The position numbers and the translations under genes were made by a program. From NCBI GenBank assembly GCA_963662435.1, contig OY759598.1, positions 558,001 to 622,000 on the forward strand: a stretch of DNA of 64,000 bases, in the 5' to 3' direction. The notes beneath the pieces are model-generated. The model saw only the letters and a list, made by a program, of their open reading frames with translations. It made no database searches and was not told the origin of the DNA. The first letter of the stretch is position 1. Every line of letters starts with the position of its first letter. The DNA is from Dehalococcoidia bacterium (GTDB taxonomy: Bacteria; Chloroflexota; Dehalococcoidia; Lucifugimonadales; VXLM01). Positions 30,201-39,245 of this stretch are shown piece after piece.

Positions 30201-31559
30201 CTACGCCTTCTTGAATCGCGAGCCGTACAAGATGCTCCCGTAATAGTTGAACGAGCGTCTTGCAGTCGCATCGTCGAAGGGGTAGTCCGCCCCAAGCTGC
30301 CTTGCGGCGGCGAGCCCTGTTATGAGGCAGGTCTCCTGGCTGTTGACCAGCGTGTGCGCCCCGCAGTGCCACGTCCGTCGCCTTCCTTGAATAAAGCGGA
30401 ACAAGTTGACCAGCAGCACAACATGACGCACGTCGTGGATGATGTGTTGAAACGACCACTTCTTGATGATCTTTCGTTCGTCGATCTGGCTGGTGGCGTT
30501 GTAGGTAACAAGGCAAGGCTTGTCCGACCCTTTCGCCCATGGCTGCTGGTTGTGCATGATGTACGTGATTTCGTAGTTGTCCGGTCGTTCGCCGTACTGC
30601 TCTATGTGATTGCTCCGTGTTGCCAGGGGCTTTACTTTGTTGTCCGGTAACACCGAAGAGTCGGAGTGCACGACCGCGTTGTGATGAAGATCAACGTCAT
30701 AGCGCACCGACGACAGAATGTAGCGCTCCCAGAAGGTGGGGTCTTCAATGATCTCAAGTGTCCGGTTCGCGTTGCAGGCGAATATCACCTCGTCGAACGT
30801 CTCTCGCACTCCCTCTTCGTCCTCTACCTCGACATTGGACTCGTGCCGATACACTTTGCGAACGGGCCGGCTGAGGTAGATCTTCTCCCGAAACCCGGCC
30901 GATAGGTTTTCGTAGATGCGTCTTGTTCCCCTGTCCCATGTCTGCATTGGCGTGGCCGACTCGATATCGAAGAATTCAAGATACCGCGCGAAGAGTGCTG
31001 CGGGCATGGACAGCACGTCCGTCGCCATCAGGAAATTCACAAACATGGGTTTCAGAATTTTGTACCTGAAGTCATCGGAAAATCCTCCTAGTTTCAGGAC
31101 CATACCCATGCTGATGTAGTTGAAGGGGTTGAGGGCGTTCAACAGCTTCGACTGTGAACGGGTCAGCCAGCCAATCCATTGCAAACGCCTCAGGAGTCGT
31201 TGAAACTTCGCAATCTCATCCTGGAGGTCTTCCCTGATTTCCGAATCGAAATCATGGGCGTACAGCCTGTCACCATACTTCACGCTGTAGCTGAATCTGG
31301 TGTCGATTAAGTCGATGCCGAACTGTTCCATCAGCAGAATAATGTGGTCATACACCGACGGAATGCAGGCGGTGACGGAAATGTCGAAGGGTATCGTCCT
31401 GCCGTCTTCCTGCGGCATGTCTGCCGTAACGGCGTTCCCGCCAATCTGTTCCTGCGCCTCGAACAGTCGGAAGTCAAACCGGTCGGGGTGATGATGGAGT
31501 GCCCATGCGGCGCCAAGCCCTGATATGCCCCCGCCAACTATCGCAATTCGCCTCGGCAT
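30201..31559 (-). CDS. FAD-dependent oxidoreductase (COG2907-like)
   Basis: IAIVGGGISGLGAAW, FEA...IGGNA, EVIFAC and RTWHCGAH...GLAAARQLG. Confidence 0.75.
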   Translation of the reverse strand: MPRRIAIVGGGISGLGAAWALHHHPDRFDFRLFEAQEQIGGNAVTADMPQEDGRTIPFDISVTACIPSVYDHIILLMEQFGIDLIDTRFSYSVKYGDRLYAHDFDSEIREDLQDEIAKFQRLLRRLQWIGWLTRSQSKLLNALNPFNYISMGMVLKLGGFSDDFRYKILKPMFVNFLMATDVLSMPAALFARYLEFFDIESATPMQTWDRGTRRIYENLSAGFREKIYLSRPVRKVYRHESNVEVEDEEGVRETFDEVIFACNANRTLEIIEDPTFWERYILSSVRYDVDLHHNAVVHSDSSVLPDNKVKPLATRSNHIEQYGERPDNYEITYIMHNQQPWAKGSDKPCLVTYNATSQIDERKIIKKWSFQHIIHDVRHVVLLVNLFRFIQGRRRTWHCGAHTLVNSQETCLITGLAAARQLGADYPFDDATARRSFNYYGSILYGSRFKKA

Positions 31560-31663
31560 CGTGCCTCGCCTCGTCGATGAACATGGACCTCGAGTCTGCC
31601 AACAGTCGCCAGCTGACGCATTATAGCTTCTTGCGAAAGATAGGAATCACCTGGCTCTCACCC

Positions 31664-34600
31664 TCACCGCCAGTCGTGGGCGGGCGGCATGGCGACGTCT
31701 GAGCGGATGGCTCTCAGGTTCGATACGATGACATTCGTCGTACCGTCCCACCGAGACACCACTCCCGTGACCTCCACCACGTTGCTACCAAGCTCCCTGC
31801 GACACCGTGCGAAGACATCGGGCCAGAGGATGATCTGCACGTCGCCGGTCTCGTCCTCGATGGTCACGAAGACGGTGCCCTCGCGTCCGCGTGGGTGCTG
31901 CCTCGCCACGGGCCAACCCGCAACGACAACCTCGTTGCCGTCGTCGCGCCTTTCAACATCCGCCGTGGATATCACTCCGGGACGAAGGACGGGGCGCACG
32001 AACTCCATGAGGTGCCCGCGCGGGTAGATGCCCATCACGCGGTACTCTGCCGCCATCTTCTCGTGCTCGTTGAAGTCAACGAGGTCTGGAACGGCGTCTT
32101 CCATGGACGTGGAGAGCGCCATCTGCCCGTTCCTGCCGGGACGCGGATGGAGTCCGGCTTCCCACAATGCCTCCCTGCGGTTCGGCGCGATGACGTCGAA
32201 CCCTCCCGCCATCACCAGTGACAGGACGGCCTGTGATTTCAGGCCCGTCCGGCTCACCAGGTCTCCCGCGCTTGCATAGGGGCCGTGTCGCTCCCGCTCC
32301 TCCACGATGAGTCGGCCCGACTCCGCGCCGACATCCTTGATGATCCCAAGTCCCAGCCGCACCGCGCCGCCGTCGGGAACGCATCGGGCGTCGCTCCGGT
32401 TCACGCAGGGGTTCAGGAACGAGACGCCGAAGCGCCGTGCGTCCTCCTTTATCGTCTCGATGGGGTAGAAGCCCATCGGCTGGTTGTTCATCAGTGTGAC
32501 GAAGAACTCCAGTGGGTGGTACGCCTTGAGCCATGCGGCCTGGTATGCGGTGATGGCGAAGGCGTGGGAGTGAGACTCCGGAAACATGTAGTGGCCGTTG
32601 ATCTTGCCGAATATCTTCATCGCGGTCTCGTCGGGAACCCCGTTTCGTCGCGCGCCTTCGAGGAACCTCCGGCTGTGCATGGCCACCAGGTGGTCGGCGT
32701 TGGGCCGTGCGAACGCCCTTCGTATCTCATCCGCCTCGGCGGCCGTCATGCCCGCTACGTCCTTGATGAGCTGGACGACCTGCTCCTGCCAGACGATGAT
32801 CCCGCAGCCGCGTTCCAGTGCGCGGGCCTCCAGCGGGTGGTCGTACTCCCACTCAGCCCCGTGCCGGTACCGGTCGACGAACTGCGAGACCGCGCTGCCC
32901 TGTACGCCGACGCCGGGGCGGATCAGGGCGACTTGGTAGGCGAGGTCGAGGAGGCTGCGCGACCTCAGGCGCTGTCCCATCTTGAGCTGCGCTGGAGACT
33001 GGAGCAGGAAGACGCCCTTCGACAGGCCCGCGTTTATCATCTCGTACACGCGCGCGTCCTCCGGGTCTATCCTGCTGAGGTCGGGCCGCTTTCCCTCCCG
33101 CCGCTCTATGAGGTCGAGGGCCTCCTCGATCTGGTCCAGAACGGGCAGGGAGAGGATGTCTATCTTGGCAAAGCCCGCGTCTGCCACGCTGTCCTTGTTC
33201 CAGTCCATGATGAACCGCCCGTCCATTGCCCCCGCGCGCATGGGCACCATCTCCGGTATGGGCGAACTGCTGAGTATCATCCCTCCGACGTGCTGGCCAA
33301 GCATCCTTGGGGCGTCCGCAAGCTGGGGAGCGAGCTCGATCAGCTCCCTCCATCCCCGTGCCTCCACCTTGTCACGAAAGCCGGGTAGCTCCAGCATCTC
33401 CTGCCGGAGGTGCGTCGGGTTGTGCGATTCGATCTGCTTGGACAGCAGCCGCAGCTCCTCCTGCGGGAGTCCGAGGGCCTTGCCGAGGTCCTGGATGATC
33501 CCCTTGAGCTTGTAGGTGGAGACGGCCCCGGTCAGGACGGCGTACTCCCGCCCGAAGTGCTGGTGGACGCGCTCGATGAGCTCGTCCCTGAGACCCCTGG
33601 GGAAATCAAGATCGATGTCCGGGAGCACGGTGGCGTCCTCGGAGATGAAGCGTTCAAGGGTGAGGTCCCACTCCAACGGGTCGACGTGGCTGATGCCGAT
33701 GAGGTACCCGACGAGCAGCGCCACGGACGAACCGCGTCCCCTTCCGGGCGGCCTCTCCTCAACCGGCGTTTCGGGGCGTACCATCCCCCGTTCCTCCATA
33801 ATCCGGCGGGCGATGAGCGCAATCTCCCGGTAGAGCAGGAGGAACCCCGCCAGGCCTTGAGCCTCGATCAGTCGGAACTCCTCGCGGAGACGCGCCTCGA
33901 CCCGACCGGATACTCCCCCGTAGCGACGCATTGCCGCCTCGTAGCAGAGCCTTTCGAGGTAGCTCGCGGGCGTGTAGCCGTCCGGCACCTCGGGGTCGGG
34001 TAGGGCGTAGCCGAGATCGGCGCTGAGGTCGAAGGAGCACTGCTCGGCAACGCGAAGGGTGTTCGACAGCGCCTCCGGGACTTCCGCAAAGAGCCGCTCC
34101 ATCGCAGCCTGTGACTTCAGGCCGAAGTTGTGGTTGGGCAGGAGTTGCGGTAGGGCCTGGTCTATGGTGGTGTTGAACCGTGCCGCGACCAGCGCATCGT
34201 GGAGACGGGAGCGTTCGGGGCGATGGTAGTGAACGTCATTGGCCGCCACGACCGACACGCCCGTTTCGCGCGCGAGTCCCAGGAGTTCGCGGTTGCGCTT
34301 GGCATCACCCTGCAGGAAGTTGCGGTTCAACTCGACGTACACCGAGTCGGTGCCGTACCAGTCCACGTAGCGCTCCAGCAGATCGCGCGCCTCACCTCGG
34401 CGACCGCCGGTGGCGAGACGGGAGAGTGCCCCATGACGTCCGCCCGCCAGCAGGACGACTCCCTCAGAGTGATCGGCCAGGTGCGCGGGATCGAGCCTCG
34501 GTTCCCTGCGGTCGAAAGCGTTGGCGAGGGTGAAGAGCCGCGAGATGTTGGAGTAGCCGGTGCGCGTCTTTGCCAGCAGCGTGATGTGCGAGCCGTCGGT

Positions 34601-34810
34601 GAGAGTCAGTTCCCCGCCGGTGATGGGCCGGACTCCGAGACTGTTGGCGAGCCGCGCGAACTCCAGCGCGCCGCAGAGATTCGTGTCGGTCAGGGCCAGG
34701 GCAAAGTAGCCGTACTCCTTCGCCTGTACCAGCAGTTCGTGCGCGTGGGACGCCCCGACTCTAAAGGAGAAAAAGCTCTTGGCGTGAAGCTCAACGTACC
34801 CGGACGGCAT
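31664..34810 (-). CDS. dnaE2: error-prone DNA polymerase DnaE2 (ImuC)
   Basis: PHP domain ELHAKSFFSF, GRGRGSS, PDIDLDF catalytic Asp residues, FPESHS, NNQPMGFY, OB-fold FVTIEDETG, C-terminal AHDWR; TGATG overlap with imuB. Confidence 0.93.
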   Translation of the reverse strand: MPSGYVELHAKSFFSFRVGASHAHELLVQAKEYGYFALALTDTNLCGALEFARLANSLGVRPITGGELTLTDGSHITLLAKTRTGYSNISRLFTLANAFDRREPRLDPAHLADHSEGVVLLAGGRHGALSRLATGGRRGEARDLLERYVDWYGTDSVYVELNRNFLQGDAKRNRELLGLARETGVSVVAANDVHYHRPERSRLHDALVAARFNTTIDQALPQLLPNHNFGLKSQAAMERLFAEVPEALSNTLRVAEQCSFDLSADLGYALPDPEVPDGYTPASYLERLCYEAAMRRYGGVSGRVEARLREEFRLIEAQGLAGFLLLYREIALIARRIMEERGMVRPETPVEERPPGRGRGSSVALLVGYLIGISHVDPLEWDLTLERFISEDATVLPDIDLDFPRGLRDELIERVHQHFGREYAVLTGAVSTYKLKGIIQDLGKALGLPQEELRLLSKQIESHNPTHLRQEMLELPGFRDKVEARGWRELIELAPQLADAPRMLGQHVGGMILSSSPIPEMVPMRAGAMDGRFIMDWNKDSVADAGFAKIDILSLPVLDQIEEALDLIERREGKRPDLSRIDPEDARVYEMINAGLSKGVFLLQSPAQLKMGQRLRSRSLLDLAYQVALIRPGVGVQGSAVSQFVDRYRHGAEWEYDHPLEARALERGCGIIVWQEQVVQLIKDVAGMTAAEADEIRRAFARPNADHLVAMHSRRFLEGARRNGVPDETAMKIFGKINGHYMFPESHSHAFAITAYQAAWLKAYHPLEFFVTLMNNQPMGFYPIETIKEDARRFGVSFLNPCVNRSDARCVPDGGAVRLGLGIIKDVGAESGRLIVEERERHGPYASAGDLVSRTGLKSQAVLSLVMAGGFDVIAPNRREALWEAGLHPRPGRNGQMALSTSMEDAVPDLVDFNEHEKMAAEYRVMGIYPRGHLMEFVRPVLRPGVISTADVERRDDGNEVVVAGWPVARQHPRGREGTVFVTIEDETGDVQIILWPDVFARCRRELGSNVVEVTGVVSRWDGTTNVIVSNLRAIRSDVAMPPAHDWR

Positions 34811-36258
34811 CAGGCGCTCTGGCGGTACCACCGATCACTGCGGCGGTCGCGGAACAGGGTGATCTGCCTCCCGTCTCCGGGGTCGGTCCGGTAGTAGGCG
34901 CGGGTCACCGGATCGGGAAGCCACCACAGGTCGAATGTCCAACTGTCCTGTATGCTGCCCACCCGCTCCCACCGCTTTGCTACGCGCATCGACACTGGCT
35001 CGCGCTGCAAGCCCTCCCGTACCTCGACGGGCTTTGGAGGGTGGAGTGGCCTGATGGCGTCGCCGCCCGACGGGTCGATGGGCACCTGCAGCGACCGCAT
35101 CTCCGGCGCGGGGTGCCAGGGAGCCACCTCGACGACCTTGTGCAGGGTGTGGCCTCCCATCCGCGCCTGCAGCCTCCTGTCCACGTCCGTGAGACGTCTG
35201 CGCGTGTCGTCTCGCGTCTCCTTCAACAGGCCCATCTGGGTCCCCGACTCCCCGGTGAGGCCGGACAGGGTGAGCGCGATGTCCTCGACGGGCAGGTGCG
35301 GAGGGTCGGCCTCCACCCGGCTCCTGACGGCTGACGAGGCCCGTTCCCACGATCCGGCAGGCTCCCTGAACGCGACGACCTTCTCCCAGGAAGACCATCC
35401 GGCGGCGGCGCACAGGAGCGTTGCCGTGCCGACGTATCGGCCCCTCATCTCAGGCCGGGCATACGCCTTCTTGAGAAGGGTGTCGACCGCGACGAAGAGG
35501 GCCTGCAGGGAGGAAGAGGAGAACGGCAGGGAGGCGCGTTCGACCACCGACTCCTCGAACGGCAGGGGTACGATGGGGCTGTCGTCCATGCCGTTGCAGA
35601 GTGCCCATGCCCTGCCCCCTTCGCGACCGAACCGGTCGACGAGCGCACGCGGTCCCATCGCGGCTGCGTCGCCCATTGTGCTCAGCCCGAAGCGGTACAT
35701 CTCCGTCTTCGTCTCTGAGGAGACGGCGAGCAGGTCGATGGAGTGCGGCGCGAGGAAGGCCCGCACATCGTCGGGGACCCTTGTCGCTCCGTGCGTGCCG
35801 CTCGTCCGTGCGGCGACGAAAGCGGGGAACTTGGCGTTCGCCACGCCGATCCGAGGGTTCAGGTGCGATGCGACCGCGTTCAGCAGCGCGGAGACGACTC
35901 CGGCCTCGCCGTGGTACAGCCTTTCGAGACCGTCCAGGCGGACATAGGCAGTGCCGAGTTCAGGCCCCTCAACGCGGTCGCTGACTCTCTGCAGAGACGA
36001 GAGGACTTCCCCGAAGACCCGGCGGTAATGTGGCTCGTCCGCATCCAGCACGACGGCGTTCGCGTTGCGTGACAGTGCCTGTTCCAAAGTCATGCCGGCC
36101 ACAACGCTTGAGGCCGCCGGGGAACTGTCGACCACGAACGACCTCTTCCTCGCCCGGTCGCGGTCGACGAGCAGGACGGGAGTGTTCTCAAGGTGGGGAT
36201 GTCGCTGCATCTCCACCTTTGCCCTGAAGTGAGTCGCGAGCACGCAGGCGACCCTCAT
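34810..36258 (-). CDS. imuB: Y-family polymerase-like protein ImuB
   Basis: GMTLEQAL, AYVRLDGLERLY, RIGVANAKFPAFVAA, C-terminal WW...RAYY; AAGGAG RBS before ATG 36258. Confidence 0.85.
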   Translation of the reverse strand: MRVACVLATHFRAKVEMQRHPHLENTPVLLVDRDRARKRSFVVDSSPAASSVVAGMTLEQALSRNANAVVLDADEPHYRRVFGEVLSSLQRVSDRVEGPELGTAYVRLDGLERLYHGEAGVVSALLNAVASHLNPRIGVANAKFPAFVAARTSGTHGATRVPDDVRAFLAPHSIDLLAVSSETKTEMYRFGLSTMGDAAAMGPRALVDRFGREGGRAWALCNGMDDSPIVPLPFEESVVERASLPFSSSSLQALFVAVDTLLKKAYARPEMRGRYVGTATLLCAAAGWSSWEKVVAFREPAGSWERASSAVRSRVEADPPHLPVEDIALTLSGLTGESGTQMGLLKETRDDTRRRLTDVDRRLQARMGGHTLHKVVEVAPWHPAPEMRSLQVPIDPSGGDAIRPLHPPKPVEVREGLQREPVSMRVAKRWERVGSIQDSWTFDLWWLPDPVTRAYYRTDPGDGRQITLFRDRRSDRWYRQSA

Positions 36259-36292
36259 GGAGTCTCCTTGATCCGGTAGTATGGGACGGTAG

Positions 36293-36321
36293 ATGGTACA
36301 GAACGTGCGTTCTGTTGTCAA
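36293..36321 (-). promoter_or_regulatory. sigma70 promoter with LexA box in the spacer (imuB-dnaE2)
   Basis: minus strand TTGACA (36321-36316), 17-bp spacer, TACCAT (36298-36293); AGAACGTGCGTTCT palindrome at 36300-36313. Confidence 0.85.
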
Positions 36322-36404
36322 TAGGAGGACTCACCACAGAGAGCACAGAGGCGGGAGAAAGGGGTGGCCCGAAACACTGATGCTCGCGCCTACGTGGGGC
36401 ATTG

Positions 36405-36522
36405 CCCTCACCCCAGTTCCCGTATCGAGTATGGGGCAGGCTCCCTCCCACGATGGGAAAGGGGGTTGCACTGCTTCGGGTGAATGGGATTCCTCACCCT
36501 TCGACAGGCCAGGGCGAACGGA
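36405..36522. repeat. REP-like palindromic elements
   Basis: CCCTCACCCC...CCCGTATCGAGTATGGGG...CCCACGATGGGAAAGGGGG is related to 53628-53688; CCCTTCGACAGGC is shared with about 18227 and 59790. Confidence 0.6.
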
Positions 36523-36539
36523 GGTCTTTTATACCACCA

Positions 36540-38003
36540 TCACAGAAAACCGGGCACTTCTTCCATTTCCTCAGGCTTCATCAGCAGGGCGGGAAGAATG
36601 GCAAGGAGCGACAGGAATCCCGCGATCATGAACAGGTTCTGGAACACCGTCACCCCGGCGCCGATCAGGACGGCCTCGGTCGCCTCGTATGACTCGCTGG
36701 GCACCACGTGGGACGTCAGACTGTAGAAGCGCTCTATTCCCCATGCGGACAATGCCGCCAGCCCCAATGCCATCCCGACCATGCGCGACGCCGTGATCAG
36801 GGAAGCCGCGGCTCCCCAGTAGTCGCTGGGCGCCGCGCTCAGGGCGCTGACGCCTATCGGAGGTATGACCAGCCCAAATCCCAGGCCCGCCGAGAGCAGG
36901 GGCAGGGTCAGCCTGAGCTCATCCACTGTCGTTTCCCAGCCACTCATGAACAACAGCCCAACACCCATGAACACAAGGCCCGTTATGCAGACCGGTCTCA
37001 CCCCCGCCCAGCGAAGCATGTAACCGCCCACCACCGCTCCCACGGGAATGGCGGCCGTGAGACGCACCAGGTGGAGCGCGCTCACTAATGGCTGCTTCTC
37101 CATGATGGTGGCCGCCATGAGTGGCACGCATACCAGGGCCATGATCAAAGCAACTCCAACCAGGAACTGGGCGATGTTGGCCGAGACGAACGCCCTCGAG
37201 GTGTACAGGAAGGATGCCAATAGGGGCTGGACCGCCTTCCTCTCCGCCACGACCAGTACGCCGACAAGGAAGACTCCGGCGAGCACCGTCAAGTACGGGT
37301 AGATGGACTCCCCGGTGAAGATGCTTCTCTGCGCCAGCGCCATGGTCAGGACGGTAAGCGCCGCTCCCAGCATCAACGCTCCGAAGTAGTCCATCTTCGC
37401 TGCCGGGTTGGGACGGTTCGGCAAGACGGACAAGAGCGCTATCAGCAGAAGGCTTTGAGGTACGTCCAGCCAGAATATCCATCGCCAGCCCACCCACTCG
37501 ATGATCGCCCCTCCATAGAGAGGACCCACTACCGACCCGGCTTCGGCCGCGGCGGCCACGAGTCCAATCGCAATTCCCCTTCTTTCCGGCGACACGACCG
37601 CCACAGCCATTGCAAGGCCTATTGGCACCGTGGCGCCGCCCCCTATGGCCTGGAATACCCTCGCCGGCACGACCCAATAGAAGTTCGGCGAGATCGCCAC
37701 AAATGCCGACCCAATGGCGAACACGACCAGCGCCCATTGAAACATCTTGACACGGCCATAGACGTCGGACAGGCGACCGGCCAACGGCATGGTCACCGTG
37801 TAGCTGACCAGAAATGCGGTTATAATCCAGGAGGCCCTGTCCAGGTCGGTAAGGGGGATCTCCAGGTCCACCATGACAACCGGCAGGGCGGCAACCACCA
37901 CGGTCTGGTCGAGGGCGGTCGAGAATACGGACAGGCAAATGATGCCCAAGACGACCGACTCGGACGAAGCCCTGGAAGAAAGGCGTTGTCTCAGGTCATT
38001 CAC
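36540..38003 (-). CDS. MFS transporter, P55/Rv1410c-like (14-TM DHA2)
   Basis: MPLAGRLSDVYGR, AAAEAGSVVGPLYGG and SRMVGMALGLAALSAWG closely echo mycobacterial P55. Confidence 0.85.
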   Translation of the reverse strand: MNDLRQRLSSRASSESVVLGIICLSVFSTALDQTVVVAALPVVMVDLEIPLTDLDRASWIITAFLVSYTVTMPLAGRLSDVYGRVKMFQWALVVFAIGSAFVAISPNFYWVVPARVFQAIGGGATVPIGLAMAVAVVSPERRGIAIGLVAAAAEAGSVVGPLYGGAIIEWVGWRWIFWLDVPQSLLLIALLSVLPNRPNPAAKMDYFGALMLGAALTVLTMALAQRSIFTGESIYPYLTVLAGVFLVGVLVVAERKAVQPLLASFLYTSRAFVSANIAQFLVGVALIMALVCVPLMAATIMEKQPLVSALHLVRLTAAIPVGAVVGGYMLRWAGVRPVCITGLVFMGVGLLFMSGWETTVDELRLTLPLLSAGLGFGLVIPPIGVSALSAAPSDYWGAAASLITASRMVGMALGLAALSAWGIERFYSLTSHVVPSESYEATEAVLIGAGVTVFQNLFMIAGFLSLLAILPALLMKPEEMEEVPGFL

Positions 38004-38746
38004 TGACCGGATCCTAGGTCCGGAAGCTCGATGTCAACGGGAACATCGATGCCGTTGATCGTCACGAGACGAGTGGTTTCCGGGCCATCGTCATCGTAGA
38101 GCTGGCCCGCCAATCTCAACTGACGAAGGGCGTGATCGCCTTCGTCAATCCACATGGTTATGGTAATCGTGTGACCCGCGTCCACATCGGAAATGAGGTT
38201 TGACAACCGCTCCGACTGAAGGGTTCCCTCAACGACAACGGCTGAGGCCCCCTGGATGGACTCAGCGCCCGTGATCGCTCCGTCCCCATCCCTGATCATG
38301 TAAATGACGTCACGGAAAGTCATGCCCAGGTCTTTGAAGTTGAATGGCACCTGGTCCAGGGGTAATGGCGCCCACGGCGCGTCCTTGGAGAACTTCATCA
38401 CGGCCTGGTCCCCGACTCCCAGCATCTCGATCTCGACGAACCCAAATGCCGCGGCCACCACTTCCACCAACATCCTGAAACTGTCGGGCGCCTCAATCTC
38501 GGCTTCCATGTTCTTGAATGTCGTCTCGAAGAACTTTGCGCCGGTTTCCTTTTCGTCCACCATGCTGAACTTGGCCGTCGACATGGCCGCCATCCTCTCG
38601 CCGGCCGAAGTAAGAACGTCACTCAAGACAGGCGTTGGCGTGGGAGTTGGCGTTGACTCCCCGCCACATGAGGCGGCAAAGAATAGGAACATCACCGTCG
38701 TAACGACGACCGACAGTGCACGACCGAGTGTCTTTGTGACATTCAT
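38000..38746 (-). CDS. LppX/LprAFG-family lipoprotein (LprG-like)
   Basis: lipobox FAASC after a hydrophobic signal, PT-rich linker, LolA-like beta fold pattern (ITMWIDEGDHALRQL, DVPVDIELP); GTGA overlap with the MFS gene. Confidence 0.75.
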   Translation of the reverse strand: MNVTKTLGRALSVVVTTVMFLFFAASCGGESTPTPTPTPVLSDVLTSAGERMAAMSTAKFSMVDEKETGAKFFETTFKNMEAEIEAPDSFRMLVEVVAAAFGFVEIEMLGVGDQAVMKFSKDAPWAPLPLDQVPFNFKDLGMTFRDVIYMIRDGDGAITGAESIQGASAVVVEGTLQSERLSNLISDVDAGHTITITMWIDEGDHALRQLRLAGQLYDDDGPETTRLVTINGIDVPVDIELPDLGSGQ

Positions 38747-38893
38747 CTCTTCAACTCCTTGATTCAGGATCAAGTGCGAACGCGGAAATATTACGGGAAA
38801 TGGAGCCCTTTTGCATATTCATCAAGGAAAACAGTGCTGAAATCTCGTGACGACTAGCTCACGCGGACTCCTACGTACGCACACTACCCCTCC

Positions 38894-39035
38894 TTCCTCA
38901 GAAAATTACCCCTGTCCAACCTCCCGTAGGGGCCATGCGCGAATCGCCCATTCCGGCAACCCCCACACCGTCATTCCCGCGTAGGCGGGAATCCATCTTT
39001 CCTCAGAAAATAACCCCGTCCAATCGCCCATTCCG
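38894..39035. repeat. short direct repeats around a REP palindrome
   Basis: TTCCTCAGAAAA at 38894 and 38999; AATCGCCCATTCCG at 38942 and 39022; REP CCGTCATTCCCGCGTAGGCGGGAATCCA at 38968-38995. Confidence 0.6.
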
Positions 39036-39134
39036 CCATTTTCATGATTGGTGGTGTCGGTGACAACCGACATGAGCGATTGGAAAGAGCGTCTTGTTGA
39101 GCGGAGATCGGAATCTTGGGCACGAGCTGGCCGA

Positions 39135-39245
39135 GTAACTGCTCAGACCTCTTTTTGGAGCGCTCAACACACAGCCACCGTCATACCCACAAAAGCGGGT
39201 ATCCATAGGGGGAGGGTGTTCCTCTCATCTACCCTGAACAGTTAC
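39135..39245. mobile_element. MITE (111 bp) with 12-bp terminal inverted repeats and 9-bp target duplication
   Basis: GTAACTGCTCAG...CTGAACAGTTAC, flanked by GCTGGCCGA (39126-39134) and GTTGGCCGA (39246-39254). Confidence 0.7.

Noticed and set aside
32285..35947. Long plus-strand ORFs (367 aa, 331 aa and others)
   Set aside because: Antisense shadows of dnaE2 and imuB
36259..36321. Extended imuB start at 36321 from the ORF track
   Set aside because: That TTG is the -35 hexamer; ATG 36258 has an AAGGAG RBS and lies downstream of the promoter and LexA box
36919..37938. 339-aa Arg/Gly-rich ORF
   Set aside because: Alternative frame inside the MFS gene with low-complexity composition typical of off-frame GC-rich sequence
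38894..39035. Possible mini CRISPR array
   Set aside because: Only two short imperfect copies with irregular spacing and no cas genes; better explained as REP-associated duplication
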